Assembly: GCA_903831805.1 (NCBI GenBank)
Contig: CAIKZD010000014.1
Coordinates: 2,078 to 66,077, forward strand
Origin: an uncultured bacterium
Lineage (GTDB): Bacteria; Patescibacteriota; Minisyncoccia; Moranbacterales; UBA2206
Direction of reading: 5' to 3'
DNA length: 64,000 bases
Positions 1 through 8,286 of this stretch are shown one piece after another; positions within the stretch are counted from its first letter, which is position 1; the number at the start of each line of letters is the position of its first letter. The position numbers and the translations under genes are program-made. Under the pieces are notes generated by a model. That model was not told the DNA's origin. It did not search any database and worked only from the letters and a program-made list of their open reading frames with translations.

Positions 1-1341
1 TTTTTTCACCGCTTCTTCCCAAGTTAAAATTTCTTCACTCATCACATATTGCGAAAATATTTTCATCATTGTGCCAAATGACCTGGGATGCACCATCTCA
101 CCCGTATCATTATGCGCAAGGCTATAGCCTGCTCCATTGGTGGCAATCATAGATAGCGGGCTTCGGAGAGCTTGGCGGATATTATTTTCACTTAAAAGCT
201 CTGCACTGGTGATCACTCGTCCGTCGGAAGCAATCAGAATGTCCAAAACCGTATCCTCCGCTGTTTTATGCTGAGACACCGCCAATTCACTCACCCTTCT
301 CCGGTTCATAGTTTTATCCAATCCACTGGAAGCAATCTCTATTTTGTCATATTCAAAAACTGAAGCTTTCATTTCCGCAATCACTTTGGCTCGGATCCCT
401 GGGTCTTTCAAACGGTTAAGCATCATTGTCCTACCACCCTCCGCCACCCAGGGCGGCAAGAAAGTGTAAAGAACTGAGCCCGTATTCGTGTATGGATAAA
501 TGTCGAAAGAAATATCTAAGTCCTTATTATTCACTCGCTCTATCAAAGAAATTGCTTCCTCCATTTTCGGCCAATTCTTGGCGCCCACCGCTTTGAGATG
601 AGAGATGTGCAATTTTACTTTGGATTTTTCCGCGACAGTTATCGCTTCCTCAATAGACTCGGCTAATTCTTCCGCCTCCCCGCGAATATGGGTTGCATAA
701 ACGCCCCCGTATTTTTGCACGATTTCCGCGAGCTCAGTCAGCTCGGAAACAGTTGCCATGCGGGCATGGGTATAAATCAGTCCGGTCGACATCCCCAAAG
801 AGCCTTGCTCTAAGGATTGAGTCAATTTCTTTTTTATAAAATTCAACTCCTTAGGGTTAGGGCTGCGCATTTCATCTTCCAGCACTCCGCGCCGCATCGT
901 ACCATGACCGGCCAGGGTGGCAAAATTGAGAGTCAAACCTTTCTTTTCCAAAAAATCGAAAAATTCTTGCGTACTCAGCCAATCGACATTCACTTTTGAC
1001 AAATCCACCCATTTTTGGATAGATTCGATATTCTTGGCAGACACGAGTGGAGCCAATGATGATCCGCAATTCCCACCGACAATAGTTGTGATGCCCTGAT
1101 AGACCAGACTTTCTAAATTCGGCTCGAGGAACATCTGCCAATAAGTGTCGCTGTGATTGTTCACGTCCACAAAACCGGGGCAAACAATTTTCCCCTTGGC
1201 ATCAATTTCAATCTCGCCTCTTTCATTGTGCAGCTCTCCAATCTCCACGATCTTGTCGTCTTTTATCCCAATATCAAAATTCCGCATCGCACTCCCGGTG
1301 CCATCGATGACTGTGCCATTTTTGATTAGAATGTCAAACAT
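1..1341 (-). CDS. N-acyl-D-amino-acid deacylase (D-aminoacylase) family amidohydrolase; 3' end runs off window start
   Basis: Reverse-complement translation from ATG at 1341: MFDILIKNGTVIDGTGSAMRNFDIG...GFVDVNNHSDTYW (metal-dependent amidohydrolase motifs). No stop codon before position 1, which is why the ORF track omits it. Confidence 0.7.
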   Translation of the reverse strand, partial: MFDILIKNGTVIDGTGSAMRNFDIGIKDDKIVEIGELHNERGEIEIDAKGKIVCPGFVDVNNHSDTYWQMFLEPNLESLVYQGITTIVGGNCGSSLAPLVSAKNIESIQKWVDLSKVNVDWLSTQEFFDFLEKKGLTLNFATLAGHGTMRRGVLEDEMRSPNPKELNFIKKKLTQSLEQGSLGMSTGLIYTHARMATVSELTELAEIVQKYGGVYATHIRGEAEELAESIEEAITVAEKSKVKLHISHLKAVGAKNWPKMEEAISLIERVNNKDLDISFDIYPYTNTGSVLYTFLPPWVAEGGRTMMLNRLKDPGIRAKVIAEMKASVFEYDKIEIASSGLDKTMNRRRVSELAVSQHKTAEDTVLDILIASDGRVITSAELLSENNIRQALRSPLSMIATNGAGYSLAHNDTGEMVHPRSFGTMMKIFSQYVMSEEILTWEEAVKK

Positions 1342-1358
1342 TAAACGTGAATTTAAAA

Positions 1359-2354
1359 TTATTTTCTACTAATATATTCCGCCATTTCCACTAATCTATT
1401 CGAGTATCCCCATTCGTTATCATACCAAGCAACCACTTTCACCAGATTGCCATTAGCCATTGTGAGCGGCAAGTCCACAATCGAACTGCGCGGATCCATC
1501 TTATAATCCATTGAGACCAGTTCGGCGTCCGTGGCGCCTAAAATATTTTTGAGTTCATTCATAGCGGCTTCACGAAAAGCACTGTTTATCTCGGAAACTG
1601 TCGCTTCTTTTTCCAATGTACAAACAAAGTCGGTGATAGAAACGACCGGAGTTGGCACTCGCAAAGAAATGCCATCCAGTTGGCCTGCCAGATGAGTGAT
1701 CACTTTACCAACAGTCTTAGCGGCTCCTGTCGTCGTAGGGATGATATTCAAAGCGGCCGCACGCGCCCGACGCAAATCACTATGCGGCAGATCCTGCAGC
1801 CGCTGATCATTCGTGTAAGAATGCGTCGTAGTCATAAAACCCTTCTCTACTCCGAACTTTTCATCCAGTACCTTGATGACTGGCGCCAAACAGTTGGTAG
1901 TGCAAGAACCGTTAGAAATGATTGTTTCATTTTTATATTCATTTTCATTCACGCCCAAAAGATAGACTGGGGTGTCATCCTTGGCCGGCGCCGACATAAC
2001 AACTTTTTTCGCACCGGCATCAATATGTTTTTGCGCTTTTTCCTTATCATTGAAAACTCCGCTACATTCCAAAACGACATCCACTGCCAATTCGCCCCAT
2101 GGCAAATTCGCTGGATCTTTTTCCATAAAATATTTTATCCGTGTGCCATCCACAATCAGCTCTGAGTTTTCTTCATCAACAGAAATTTCTTTCTCATATT
2201 TCCCGTAAGAGGAATCATATTGCAAAAGATGGGCGGCGGTCTTGATGTCCGTCAAATCATTGATGGCCACCACTTCAATATCCTCTTTGCCAAATGCAAT
2301 TTTGAAACTCAGTCGGCCGATTCGGCCAAAACCATTGATTGCAATTTTCGTCAT
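1359..2354 (-). CDS. gap: glyceraldehyde-3-phosphate dehydrogenase
   Basis: MTKIAINGFGRIGR N-terminus, SCTTNC catalytic-Cys motif and WYDNEWGYS C-terminus. Start taken at the internal Met (2354) rather than the ORF-track upstream start. Confidence 0.92.
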   Translation of the reverse strand: MTKIAINGFGRIGRLSFKIAFGKEDIEVVAINDLTDIKTAAHLLQYDSSYGKYEKEISVDEENSELIVDGTRIKYFMEKDPANLPWGELAVDVVLECSGVFNDKEKAQKHIDAGAKKVVMSAPAKDDTPVYLLGVNENEYKNETIISNGSCTTNCLAPVIKVLDEKFGVEKGFMTTTHSYTNDQRLQDLPHSDLRRARAAALNIIPTTTGAAKTVGKVITHLAGQLDGISLRVPTPVVSITDFVCTLEKEATVSEINSAFREAAMNELKNILGATDAELVSMDYKMDPRSSIVDLPLTMANGNLVKVVAWYDNEWGYSNRLVEMAEYISRK

Positions 2355-2388
2355 AGTATTTTTTACATTAAGTATTTTACTGTCCTTA

Positions 2389-2661
2389 TTATACTTCAAC
2401 TCCGGTGATTTTCCAATGATTACCCGCCACTTTTTTAATCTCAAATATAGTCTTTTCAAAAGGCGTGTTTTTCGCCACCGTCTCTAGCCCGAACCGCAAA
2501 TTCTCCTCGTTCAGGTCTTCCGTATGTTCAGGGTGGCCGTCATGCGCCAAGGAAATCTGCCCGATTTCAACTTGGACTTTTTTAATATTATCAACTTTCT
2601 GCTCAGCAGAAATTGCCTTTAGTTGATCAATAATTTCTTTGGCTAAGATAAAGTCATGCAT
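2389..2661 (-). CDS. HypA-like hydrogenase nickel-insertion protein, N-terminal domain only (lacks C-terminal CxxC...CxxC zinc site)
   Basis: Starts MHDFILAKEIIDQL (MHE-type N-terminus typical of HypA/HybF). No cysteines occur after the start. It is immediately downstream of dfx and 35 nt upstream of gap. Confidence 0.5.
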   Translation of the reverse strand: MHDFILAKEIIDQLKAISAEQKVDNIKKVQVEIGQISLAHDGHPEHTEDLNEENLRFGLETVAKNTPFEKTIFEIKKVAGNHWKITGVEV

Positions 2662-2665
2662 ATTT

Positions 2666-3040
2666 TTAGTTTTTCCACAGCCCGTGCACGTTGCAATACG
2701 CCCGTGCTTCAGCATGCTCAGCTTCCAGACAAAATTCCGCCATCGGTTCATCTCCCGGTTCTAGCTGCTTTCTATACGTGCGGTGCTCAGTGATAAGCTC
2801 GATCCATTCGATATAATGCTCGGCGGTCATCGGATGCGCGACGCTCCCCACGCGCACAATCATGCCAATGTCGGTTTTTTCGATGGTTGGCTGATGCTTT
2901 TCCGTCCCTTCCTCTTCACTCTTTGCTTGCACGAGTTCCATCGGTTGTCCACAACACACCATTTCTCCCGTGCCACTGTGGACCAATTCAGTCATATTCC
3001 CGCACACGTTGCACTTGTACACTTGATTTAATTCTGCCAT
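2666..3040 (-). CDS. dfx: desulfoferrodoxin (superoxide reductase, 2-domain Dfx)
   Basis: Desulforedoxin-like N-terminus CNVCGN...CCGQPM plus neelaredoxin-type HPMTAEHYIEW...CNVHGLW centre II. Confidence 0.85.
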   Translation of the reverse strand: MAELNQVYKCNVCGNMTELVHSGTGEMVCCGQPMELVQAKSEEEGTEKHQPTIEKTDIGMIVRVGSVAHPMTAEHYIEWIELITEHRTYRKQLEPGDEPMAEFCLEAEHAEARAYCNVHGLWKN

Positions 3041-3068
3041 ATTTTTATATTCTTAAATTAATTTATTA

Positions 3069-4328
3069 TTAATGGACTGCGCAACTGATACACGGATCAT
3101 AAGCTCGGATGAAGGCACGTAATTTTTTCTCGCGCGCTTCGCCCTCGAGACCAAGGATGGTGGGGATATATTCCGCGATGTCGTCTTCTAAATTATTCAA
3201 AAACTGAGCGGTCGGAGTGATGATGTTCACATTCTTGATATAGCCTTTCGCGTCAACATCCACATGATAGTAGAGCGTTCCACGCGGCGCCTCGATCGCG
3301 GCCACTCCCGTGCCTTCCCTCACTTCATAGCTTTTTGTGACCACTTGTTCCAAATCAGCGTGCAACAGTTCCCGCAGTAATTGCGCTGAGCTTTCGACCG
3401 AATGGATAACTTCCACCATTTGAGCCAAAATATTACCAAACGGATTGTAATACGGAAATTTCCAGGCCAAACTTGTCAGATATTTTTGCGCCGCCGGCTT
3501 TAATTTGTCACGGTTGATATTCACCCGGGCAATCGCACCGATCATATAGCTTTCTCCTCCGTGTTCCACTCGCTTGATCACTTCTTGTTGGCGTTGCAGT
3601 TCGTGGAAACTGGCTTCAAAATTTTCCACCGGGATATGAAAACCACGGTTGGAAACAATGTCACCGTCATAAATCCCATACTCGCCTTTTTTTTGCAATG
3701 AAACATATTCCGTTTCACGATAAAATTCCGGGATTTTGATTTTTTTGAAAAATGCTCCCAACTCTTGGGCGACCTGCAAGATTTCCGCCGACTCCATGGC
3801 AATACGCCGCAAAGCATCAGCCTCCGGTGCTTTTTTAAAGCCGCCCACTTCATTAGTCAGCGGATGCACCACTCGTCCCCCGATCACTTTCACAATCGAC
3901 ATGCCATATTCACGGATGCGGATCGCCATTTTGGCTTCGGCCGGATATTCCTGAACCAATTTGATATCATTATCCATATCCAAAAAATCAGCCAGCGACA
4001 AAAAGAAAAGATGCAGAGCATGCGAATGAATGATCTGCCCATATTCCATGACCGCGCGCAATTTTTCCGTCTCCGGTGTGACAGTGACCCTCATGGCATT
4101 TTCCAAAGCCTTAATCGAAGTCAGACTGTGCACCACCGGACAGATGCCACAGATCCGTTGCGCCACCACCGGCATGTCTTTATAATGCCGCCCGATGAGC
4201 ACACCTTCAATAAGGCGAATGCCCTCTTGCACTTCCAACTTGGCCGATTTAACGTTCCCCTGCAAAACACTGGCCATAAAGCCGGCGTGTCCTTCCATTT
4301 TCGCAATGTGGTTTATTTTGAGTAACAT
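3069..4328 (-). CDS. [NiFe]-hydrogenase large subunit (group 3-like, cytoplasmic)
   Basis: N-terminal RICGICPVVH (RxCGxCxxxH) and C-terminal DPCISCAVH motif. The protein ends exactly at the His with no C-terminal extension. Length 419 aa. Confidence 0.9.
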   Translation of the reverse strand: MLLKINHIAKMEGHAGFMASVLQGNVKSAKLEVQEGIRLIEGVLIGRHYKDMPVVAQRICGICPVVHSLTSIKALENAMRVTVTPETEKLRAVMEYGQIIHSHALHLFFLSLADFLDMDNDIKLVQEYPAEAKMAIRIREYGMSIVKVIGGRVVHPLTNEVGGFKKAPEADALRRIAMESAEILQVAQELGAFFKKIKIPEFYRETEYVSLQKKGEYGIYDGDIVSNRGFHIPVENFEASFHELQRQQEVIKRVEHGGESYMIGAIARVNINRDKLKPAAQKYLTSLAWKFPYYNPFGNILAQMVEVIHSVESSAQLLRELLHADLEQVVTKSYEVREGTGVAAIEAPRGTLYYHVDVDAKGYIKNVNIITPTAQFLNNLEDDIAEYIPTILGLEGEAREKKLRAFIRAYDPCISCAVH

Positions 4329-4346
4329 ATTTCCATTATACTTTAG

Positions 4347-5300
4347 TTAATTTAATTTACAAATATTTTTAAGGGCAGCGGTATCTTCCGCTGTCAACGT
4401 GGGAGTGTTAATATCTTGATCACCGATCAGATAATACATGATTGATTTGGAATTTTCCACGTGCGGCAGACCGAGATAGTGGCCCAATTCATGGATCAAA
4501 GTCAGGCGCAAATCTGACGCCGCCTTGAATTGATAAACATTGATTTCTTTTCCGTCAAAAACGCCTTTTTCAAATTCCTGCATGTCGCCGTATTGGCTTT
4601 TATAAGTCGCCACGGTGCTATTATAGTTCGCGACCATTTGATTCTCTTTTTTGGCCAAACTGTTAGTTTGATTGACCAGTGCATTGATGGCAGCGCCTTC
4701 TTGCTGGATTTTATTAAATCGATCATTTAGATCGTTCTTGGTTTTTTTCAATTTACTATATTCATCTGCCGGCGCACCACCTTGGCCATTCCAATAGCTG
4801 ACTTCGGCGTTATATTTGTCCAGCTTATTTTTGTAATCCACCACGTCGTTATTATAATTATCAATCTTTTTCTTATAATCTACGCTCAGCGAATTATATT
4901 GTTGCGTCAACACCTTATCGGTCGCTTCCAGACTTTGCAAATTTTGCTCTAACTCCGCCGCCGCCACAGATTGTTCTTGCCGATTGTCAAAAACTAAATT
5001 TATCTTGAACGCCGCCGCTGGATCATATTGCAGTAGCACCTTCCCTTCACCCTTATTCCAAACCTCCGCCGCCTGGGTAGCTAGTTTTTCTAAATCATCC
5101 TGGGAAATGCCAAATTTTGGATCGATATTGCCAATGGCATATGTCAATGGCTTAGAACACGGTTGATCCAGGCCCAATTCCTTTTGCACCGCCATTTTCA
5201 CCTCTCGCACCACTTCCTGTGTTTGAGTTTTGTTGGTCAGCACTATCCCCCAAAAAGAAAAGAGGGCGATGAGCAAGAGATATTTAAAAAAATTCTTCAT
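4347..5300 (-). CDS. membrane-anchored zinc metalloprotease (metzincin/matrixin-like HExxHxxGxxH) with central coiled-coil
   Basis: N-terminal TM helix LLLIALFSFWGIVL, HELGHYLGLPH zinc motif followed by a Met-turn-like SIMYY, and a long Q/N/K-rich coiled-coil in the middle. It lies between the hydrogenase small and large subunit genes with 18-29 nt gaps. Confidence 0.7.
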   Translation of the reverse strand: MKNFFKYLLLIALFSFWGIVLTNKTQTQEVVREVKMAVQKELGLDQPCSKPLTYAIGNIDPKFGISQDDLEKLATQAAEVWNKGEGKVLLQYDPAAAFKINLVFDNRQEQSVAAAELEQNLQSLEATDKVLTQQYNSLSVDYKKKIDNYNNDVVDYKNKLDKYNAEVSYWNGQGGAPADEYSKLKKTKNDLNDRFNKIQQEGAAINALVNQTNSLAKKENQMVANYNSTVATYKSQYGDMQEFEKGVFDGKEINVYQFKAASDLRLTLIHELGHYLGLPHVENSKSIMYYLIGDQDINTPTLTAEDTAALKNICKLN

Positions 5301-5329
5301 AGTTACGCGCTCGTATTTAATTTGTAAAA

Positions 5330-6172
5330 CTATGCCATCTTCTCCTCAATGTCATCTCGCATACCATAGATTTCCGTGGTGTTTTCAAACTCTTCATCAC
5401 TCATCATATTTTTCAGCGTGGCGCGCATGGCTTTCACATTCCCCGTCGGCCGCAGGCCGCGACAACCTTGACACATCATGCGGCTGGTTGGACACACCGC
5501 ATTGCACCCACCCAAAATCATCGGTCCAAAACACGGTTTTTTGTCGAGCAAAAGACAGCGATTGCCCGCTTTCTTGCATTCCACACACACTGGCGTATCG
5601 GAAATGGTCGGAATGCGCCCCGCAATCAGTTCCGGAATGTACTTCAAAAACTCTTCGGCGTTGATGGGACAACCCGGAAAAGTGAAGTCCACTTTCACAA
5701 AATTATCAATCTCTTTGACTTCTTCGTTCTGGATGCCTTGGATATATTTATAGACATGTTTTATAGTGTTGGTCTTTTCGTGATAGTTCCTGATTTCCGG
5801 AATGCCACCCATAGCCGCGCAGTTTCCCAAAGCGCATAAAATTTTAGACCTTTTTCGAGCCTCCTGTAATGTTTTCACATTGGCTTCTGTCATTGGGTTG
5901 CCTTCTACAAAAACTATATCCAGCTCACCGCCGGCATCCTCTTCATCTTCAATCAAACGAAAATCCACAATTTCCACCAGCTCAGTCAATTGCAGGAATC
6001 TCTCGCCGAGATCAAGTAGTGCAAATTGACAACCCTCGCACGAAGTCAGGCTAACAATGGCAATTTTAGGTTTCTTCTTGTCCCGCGATTCTGCCGTAGG
6101 CAGAATTTTGCGGGAATTTTTATTTTTCATTTTAAAAAAGTTAAGGTTATTTTCACTTCTATATTTTAACAT
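5330..6172 (-). CDS. [NiFe]-hydrogenase small subunit (group 3-type, NuoB-like fold)
   Basis: IAIVSLTSCEGCQ proximal-cluster motif, further Cys clusters (GCPINAEEF, CVECKKAGNRC, GGCNAVCPTSRMMCQGC). The start could alternatively be the ATG at 6130. Confidence 0.85.
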   Translation of the reverse strand: MLKYRSENNLNFFKMKNKNSRKILPTAESRDKKKPKIAIVSLTSCEGCQFALLDLGERFLQLTELVEIVDFRLIEDEEDAGGELDIVFVEGNPMTEANVKTLQEARKRSKILCALGNCAAMGGIPEIRNYHEKTNTIKHVYKYIQGIQNEEVKEIDNFVKVDFTFPGCPINAEEFLKYIPELIAGRIPTISDTPVCVECKKAGNRCLLLDKKPCFGPMILGGCNAVCPTSRMMCQGCRGLRPTGNVKAMRATLKNMMSDEEFENTTEIYGMRDDIEEKMA

Positions 6173-6261
6173 ATTTCAGATGATTTATGAAATATTTTTC
6201 GCCTAAATAGTAAAGTAAGCATTTTTTTGCTAAGATTAAACTATTACAACCTACTAGGCAT

Positions 6262-7560
6262 ATGCGGACCCTTAACTTTCCTAACCATAATAAAAGAACT
6301 ATTTTAGCCCTCGGCGCCGAATCCGCCGGCAATTTTTCCATATATAAAAATGGAAAAATATATTTTTCCGCAGACTTCGGAGACTTATTAGAAGAGAATA
6401 ATTTTATTGCTTTCAAAAAAGCCGTTTTGGTTTTTTTAAAAAAAGAGAAAATTACCCCGGATATTATCCTCACTGATTTGCATCCCCTCATGAAAACAAC
6501 TTTGTGGGGTGAAGAATTGGCCCAAAAATACTCCGCCAAAGGCGGATCCGCCTCTGGCGGAAAGGCTGAACATATCCAGGTCCAACACCACCACGCCCAT
6601 ATTTTTTCTGCCATCGGAGATTATCTTTCCCCCTCCTCTGTACCCAGGGGAGGGCTGGGGAGGGGTTCTGGAAATTTACCCAACACTTTATTTACCATCG
6701 CCATGGACGGCACGGGCTACGGCGAAGATGAAAAAATTTGGGGCGGAGAAATTTTCAAAGTCACCTCAAAACCCTCTCCCCTTGTACTCAGGGGGAGATG
6801 TCCGGTACTCCGGACAGAGGGGGTTCGTGTTGAACGCATCGGCCACCTAGAAAACCAAACAATGATTGGCGGAGAACTGGCTATCCGCGAGCCAGCTCGC
6901 ATACTGATTGCCATTTTATCCAAATTCCTATCCAAAAAAGAAGTTTTTAATTTTGTCAAAAAATATTATTCAAAAAATGAATTTGAATTACTGCACAGTC
7001 AACTTGGGCAAAATTTCAACTGCCTGGAAACATCCAGCACCGGAAGGATTTTAGATGCTATATCTTTACTATTAGGTTTTTGTGGCAATGTTAGAAAGTA
7101 CAAGCACGAACCAATCGACCTTTTGGAAAAAAATTCCACCGAGCCATACATCTTTAAACCAATTATAGAAAATAACATCTTGCAAACTACGCCACTTTTT
7201 GCATATCTAATAAAAAATATCCACCAAAACAAAAAACGCCTCGCCGCCACGGCGCAATTATATATCGCAAAGGGTTTACATGAAATAATTCAATCATATT
7301 GTCATCCTGAGCGGAGTCTGTACTCGGACGCAGTCGAAGGATCTGCCAATGAACACTACCAGCAATGCCACAAAGCAGATTCTTCGACTTCGCTCCGCTC
7401 CGCTCAGAATGACAGCATCTTCTTTTCCGGCGGCCTCGCCAGCAATAAAATAATTTCAGTTTACTTAGAATCCCAAGGCGCCTACGCTTCAAAAATAGTC
7501 CCGCGCGGAGACAATGGGTTAAGCTTTGGACAAATAGTCTATTACTTATTGAAAAAATAA
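6262..7560 (+). CDS. hypF: HypF-like carbamoyltransferase, Kae1/YrdC-type C-terminal domain only (no acylphosphatase or Zn-finger domains); carries 3 in-frame palindromic insertions
   Basis: ILALGAESAGNFSI, IQVQHHHAHI, AMDGTGYGEDEKIWGGE, GGELAIREPARI and a C-terminal GGLASNK...PRGDNGLSFGQ all match the HypF C-terminal domain. Length 432 aa versus about 750 for full HypF. Confidence 0.75.
   Translation: MRTLNFPNHNKRTILALGAESAGNFSIYKNGKIYFSADFGDLLEENNFIAFKKAVLVFLKKEKITPDIILTDLHPLMKTTLWGEELAQKYSAKGGSASGGKAEHIQVQHHHAHIFSAIGDYLSPSSVPRGGLGRGSGNLPNTLFTIAMDGTGYGEDEKIWGGEIFKVTSKPSPLVLRGRCPVLRTEGVRVERIGHLENQTMIGGELAIREPARILIAILSKFLSKKEVFNFVKKYYSKNEFELLHSQLGQNFNCLETSSTGRILDAISLLLGFCGNVRKYKHEPIDLLEKNSTEPYIFKPIIENNILQTTPLFAYLIKNIHQNKKRLAATAQLYIAKGLHEIIQSYCHPERSLYSDAVEGSANEHYQQCHKADSSTSLRSAQNDSIFFSGGLASNKIISVYLESQGAYASKIVPRGDNGLSFGQIVYYLLKK
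6630..6690. repeat. GC-rich palindromic insertion inside hypF reading frame (encodes SPSSVPRGGLGRGSG)
   Basis: cccctcctctgtacccaggggagggctggggagggg forms cccctcc/ggagggg arms. It interrupts the conserved HypF block between AIGDY and TLFTIAMDGTGYG. Confidence 0.6.
6770..6835. repeat. Second palindromic insertion in hypF, related to the 6630 copy, with a nested tgtccggtactccggaca hairpin
   Basis: aaccctctccccttgtactcagggggag...gagggggtt. It shares a ccctcYcc..tgtacYcaggggRag core with the 6630 element and encodes KPSPLVLRGRCPVLRTEGVRV between conserved GGEIFKV and ERIGHL. Confidence 0.6.
7300..7415. repeat. About 116-bp palindromic element (TGTCATCCTGAGCG...CGCTCAGAATGACA termini) inserted in-frame in hypF
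   Basis: Left arm tgtcatcctgagcggagtctgtactcggacgcagtcgaaggatctg, right arm cagattcttcgacttcgctccgctccgctcagaatgacag. It is homologous to the intergenic element at 19270-19409 and encodes CHPERSLYSDAVEGSANEHYQQCHKADSSTSLRSAQNDS. Confidence 0.75.
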
Positions 7561-7561
7561 T

Positions 7562-7610
7562 TGTCATTCCTGCCCCCGCCTAAGCGAGGATAAACTCCGG
7601 CAGGAATCCA
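7562..7610. repeat. Small palindromic element (GTCATTCCTGCC...GGCAGGAAT) immediately after hypF stop
   Basis: cattcctgcc / ggcaggaatc 10-bp arms. Same terminus family as 38458-38512 and 40950-40978. Confidence 0.6.
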
Positions 7611-7649
7611 GTCTCCTATCTTAGAAATTTAATATTTTTCAAAATTAAA

Positions 7650-7679
7650 GGGCCTTGTGTGGAATACAACACAAGACCC
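7650..7679 (-). terminator. Rho-independent terminator for minus-strand gene 7728-8171
   Basis: gggccttgtgt ggaataca acacaagaccc hairpin; on the minus strand it is followed by tttaatttt. Confidence 0.5.
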
Positions 7680-7727
7680 TCTTATACACAGCTGCAATAA
7701 TCACCAAACATGATGATTATCTTCTTC

Positions 7728-8171
7728 CTACTCATCAGGCTTAACTTTCATCTCGCCGATCCGCAAAATAGCAATGCGTTCGCCTGGCGCCTGACGATCA
7801 TATTCTGGGCCTAATTTTGGCGGATTAAGATTAACCGAGGTTTCATATCCTGAAACCATGCCAATGACAATCTGGATTATCCATAAAATCTGGTCTATGC
7901 CCTCAGCTTCCGCCAAGCAATCAGATAGCATAAAAAGACAACCTCGCTCTTTCTCTGATTTACCTATTCCTACCCACAAACCACGTCCATCTCTAACAGG
8001 AATTATTGATGGCCCGGTTTTTTTCCCGTCAGTACGAGTACCCTGAAAAATCCAGAGTTCATCTCCTGGCTTGCCCTTTCCAAAGATGTAGCTAATTTTT
8101 GAATCTTTTTTATCAATTTTCGTCCCAATTACTATACCAGGACAAGTCAACTCATGCTTCTTATCTCCCAT
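7728..8171 (-). CDS. hypothetical protein in hyp cluster
   Basis: ORF MGDKKHELTCPGIVIGTKIDKK... with no recognisable motif. It has its own terminator and sits between hypE and divergent hypF. Confidence 0.45.
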   Translation of the reverse strand: MGDKKHELTCPGIVIGTKIDKKDSKISYIFGKGKPGDELWIFQGTRTDGKKTGPSIIPVRDGRGLWVGIGKSEKERGCLFMLSDCLAEAEGIDQILWIIQIVIGMVSGYETSVNLNPPKLGPEYDRQAPGERIAILRIGEMKVKPDE

Positions 8172-8286
8172 AACATCCCTCCTTATCACTTATATATTTT
8201 ATGGTTTTGGAAATAAGCTCCCGTAAGAACACGACGAATTGTAAAACAGCTGCAACTATATATACTATATTAAAATAACATTTTTG

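Noticed and set aside
872-1183. 103-aa ORF on the minus strand in another frame, plus + strand ORFs 817-1372
   Set aside because: They lie inside the D-aminoacylase gene, which reads continuously on the minus strand from 1341 to the window edge with strong amidohydrolase motifs. These are shadow ORFs in other frames.
6159-6614. 151-aa minus-strand ORF overlapping the hypF start
   Set aside because: Overlaps the divergent promoter region and the conserved N-terminus of hypF. No motifs; treated as spurious.
7728-8171. Attempt to assign the 148-aa hyp-cluster ORF as a HycI/HybD-type hydrogenase endopeptidase
   Set aside because: No match to the conserved N-terminal GVGN and Asp/His metal-ligand pattern of that family. 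Left as hypothetical.
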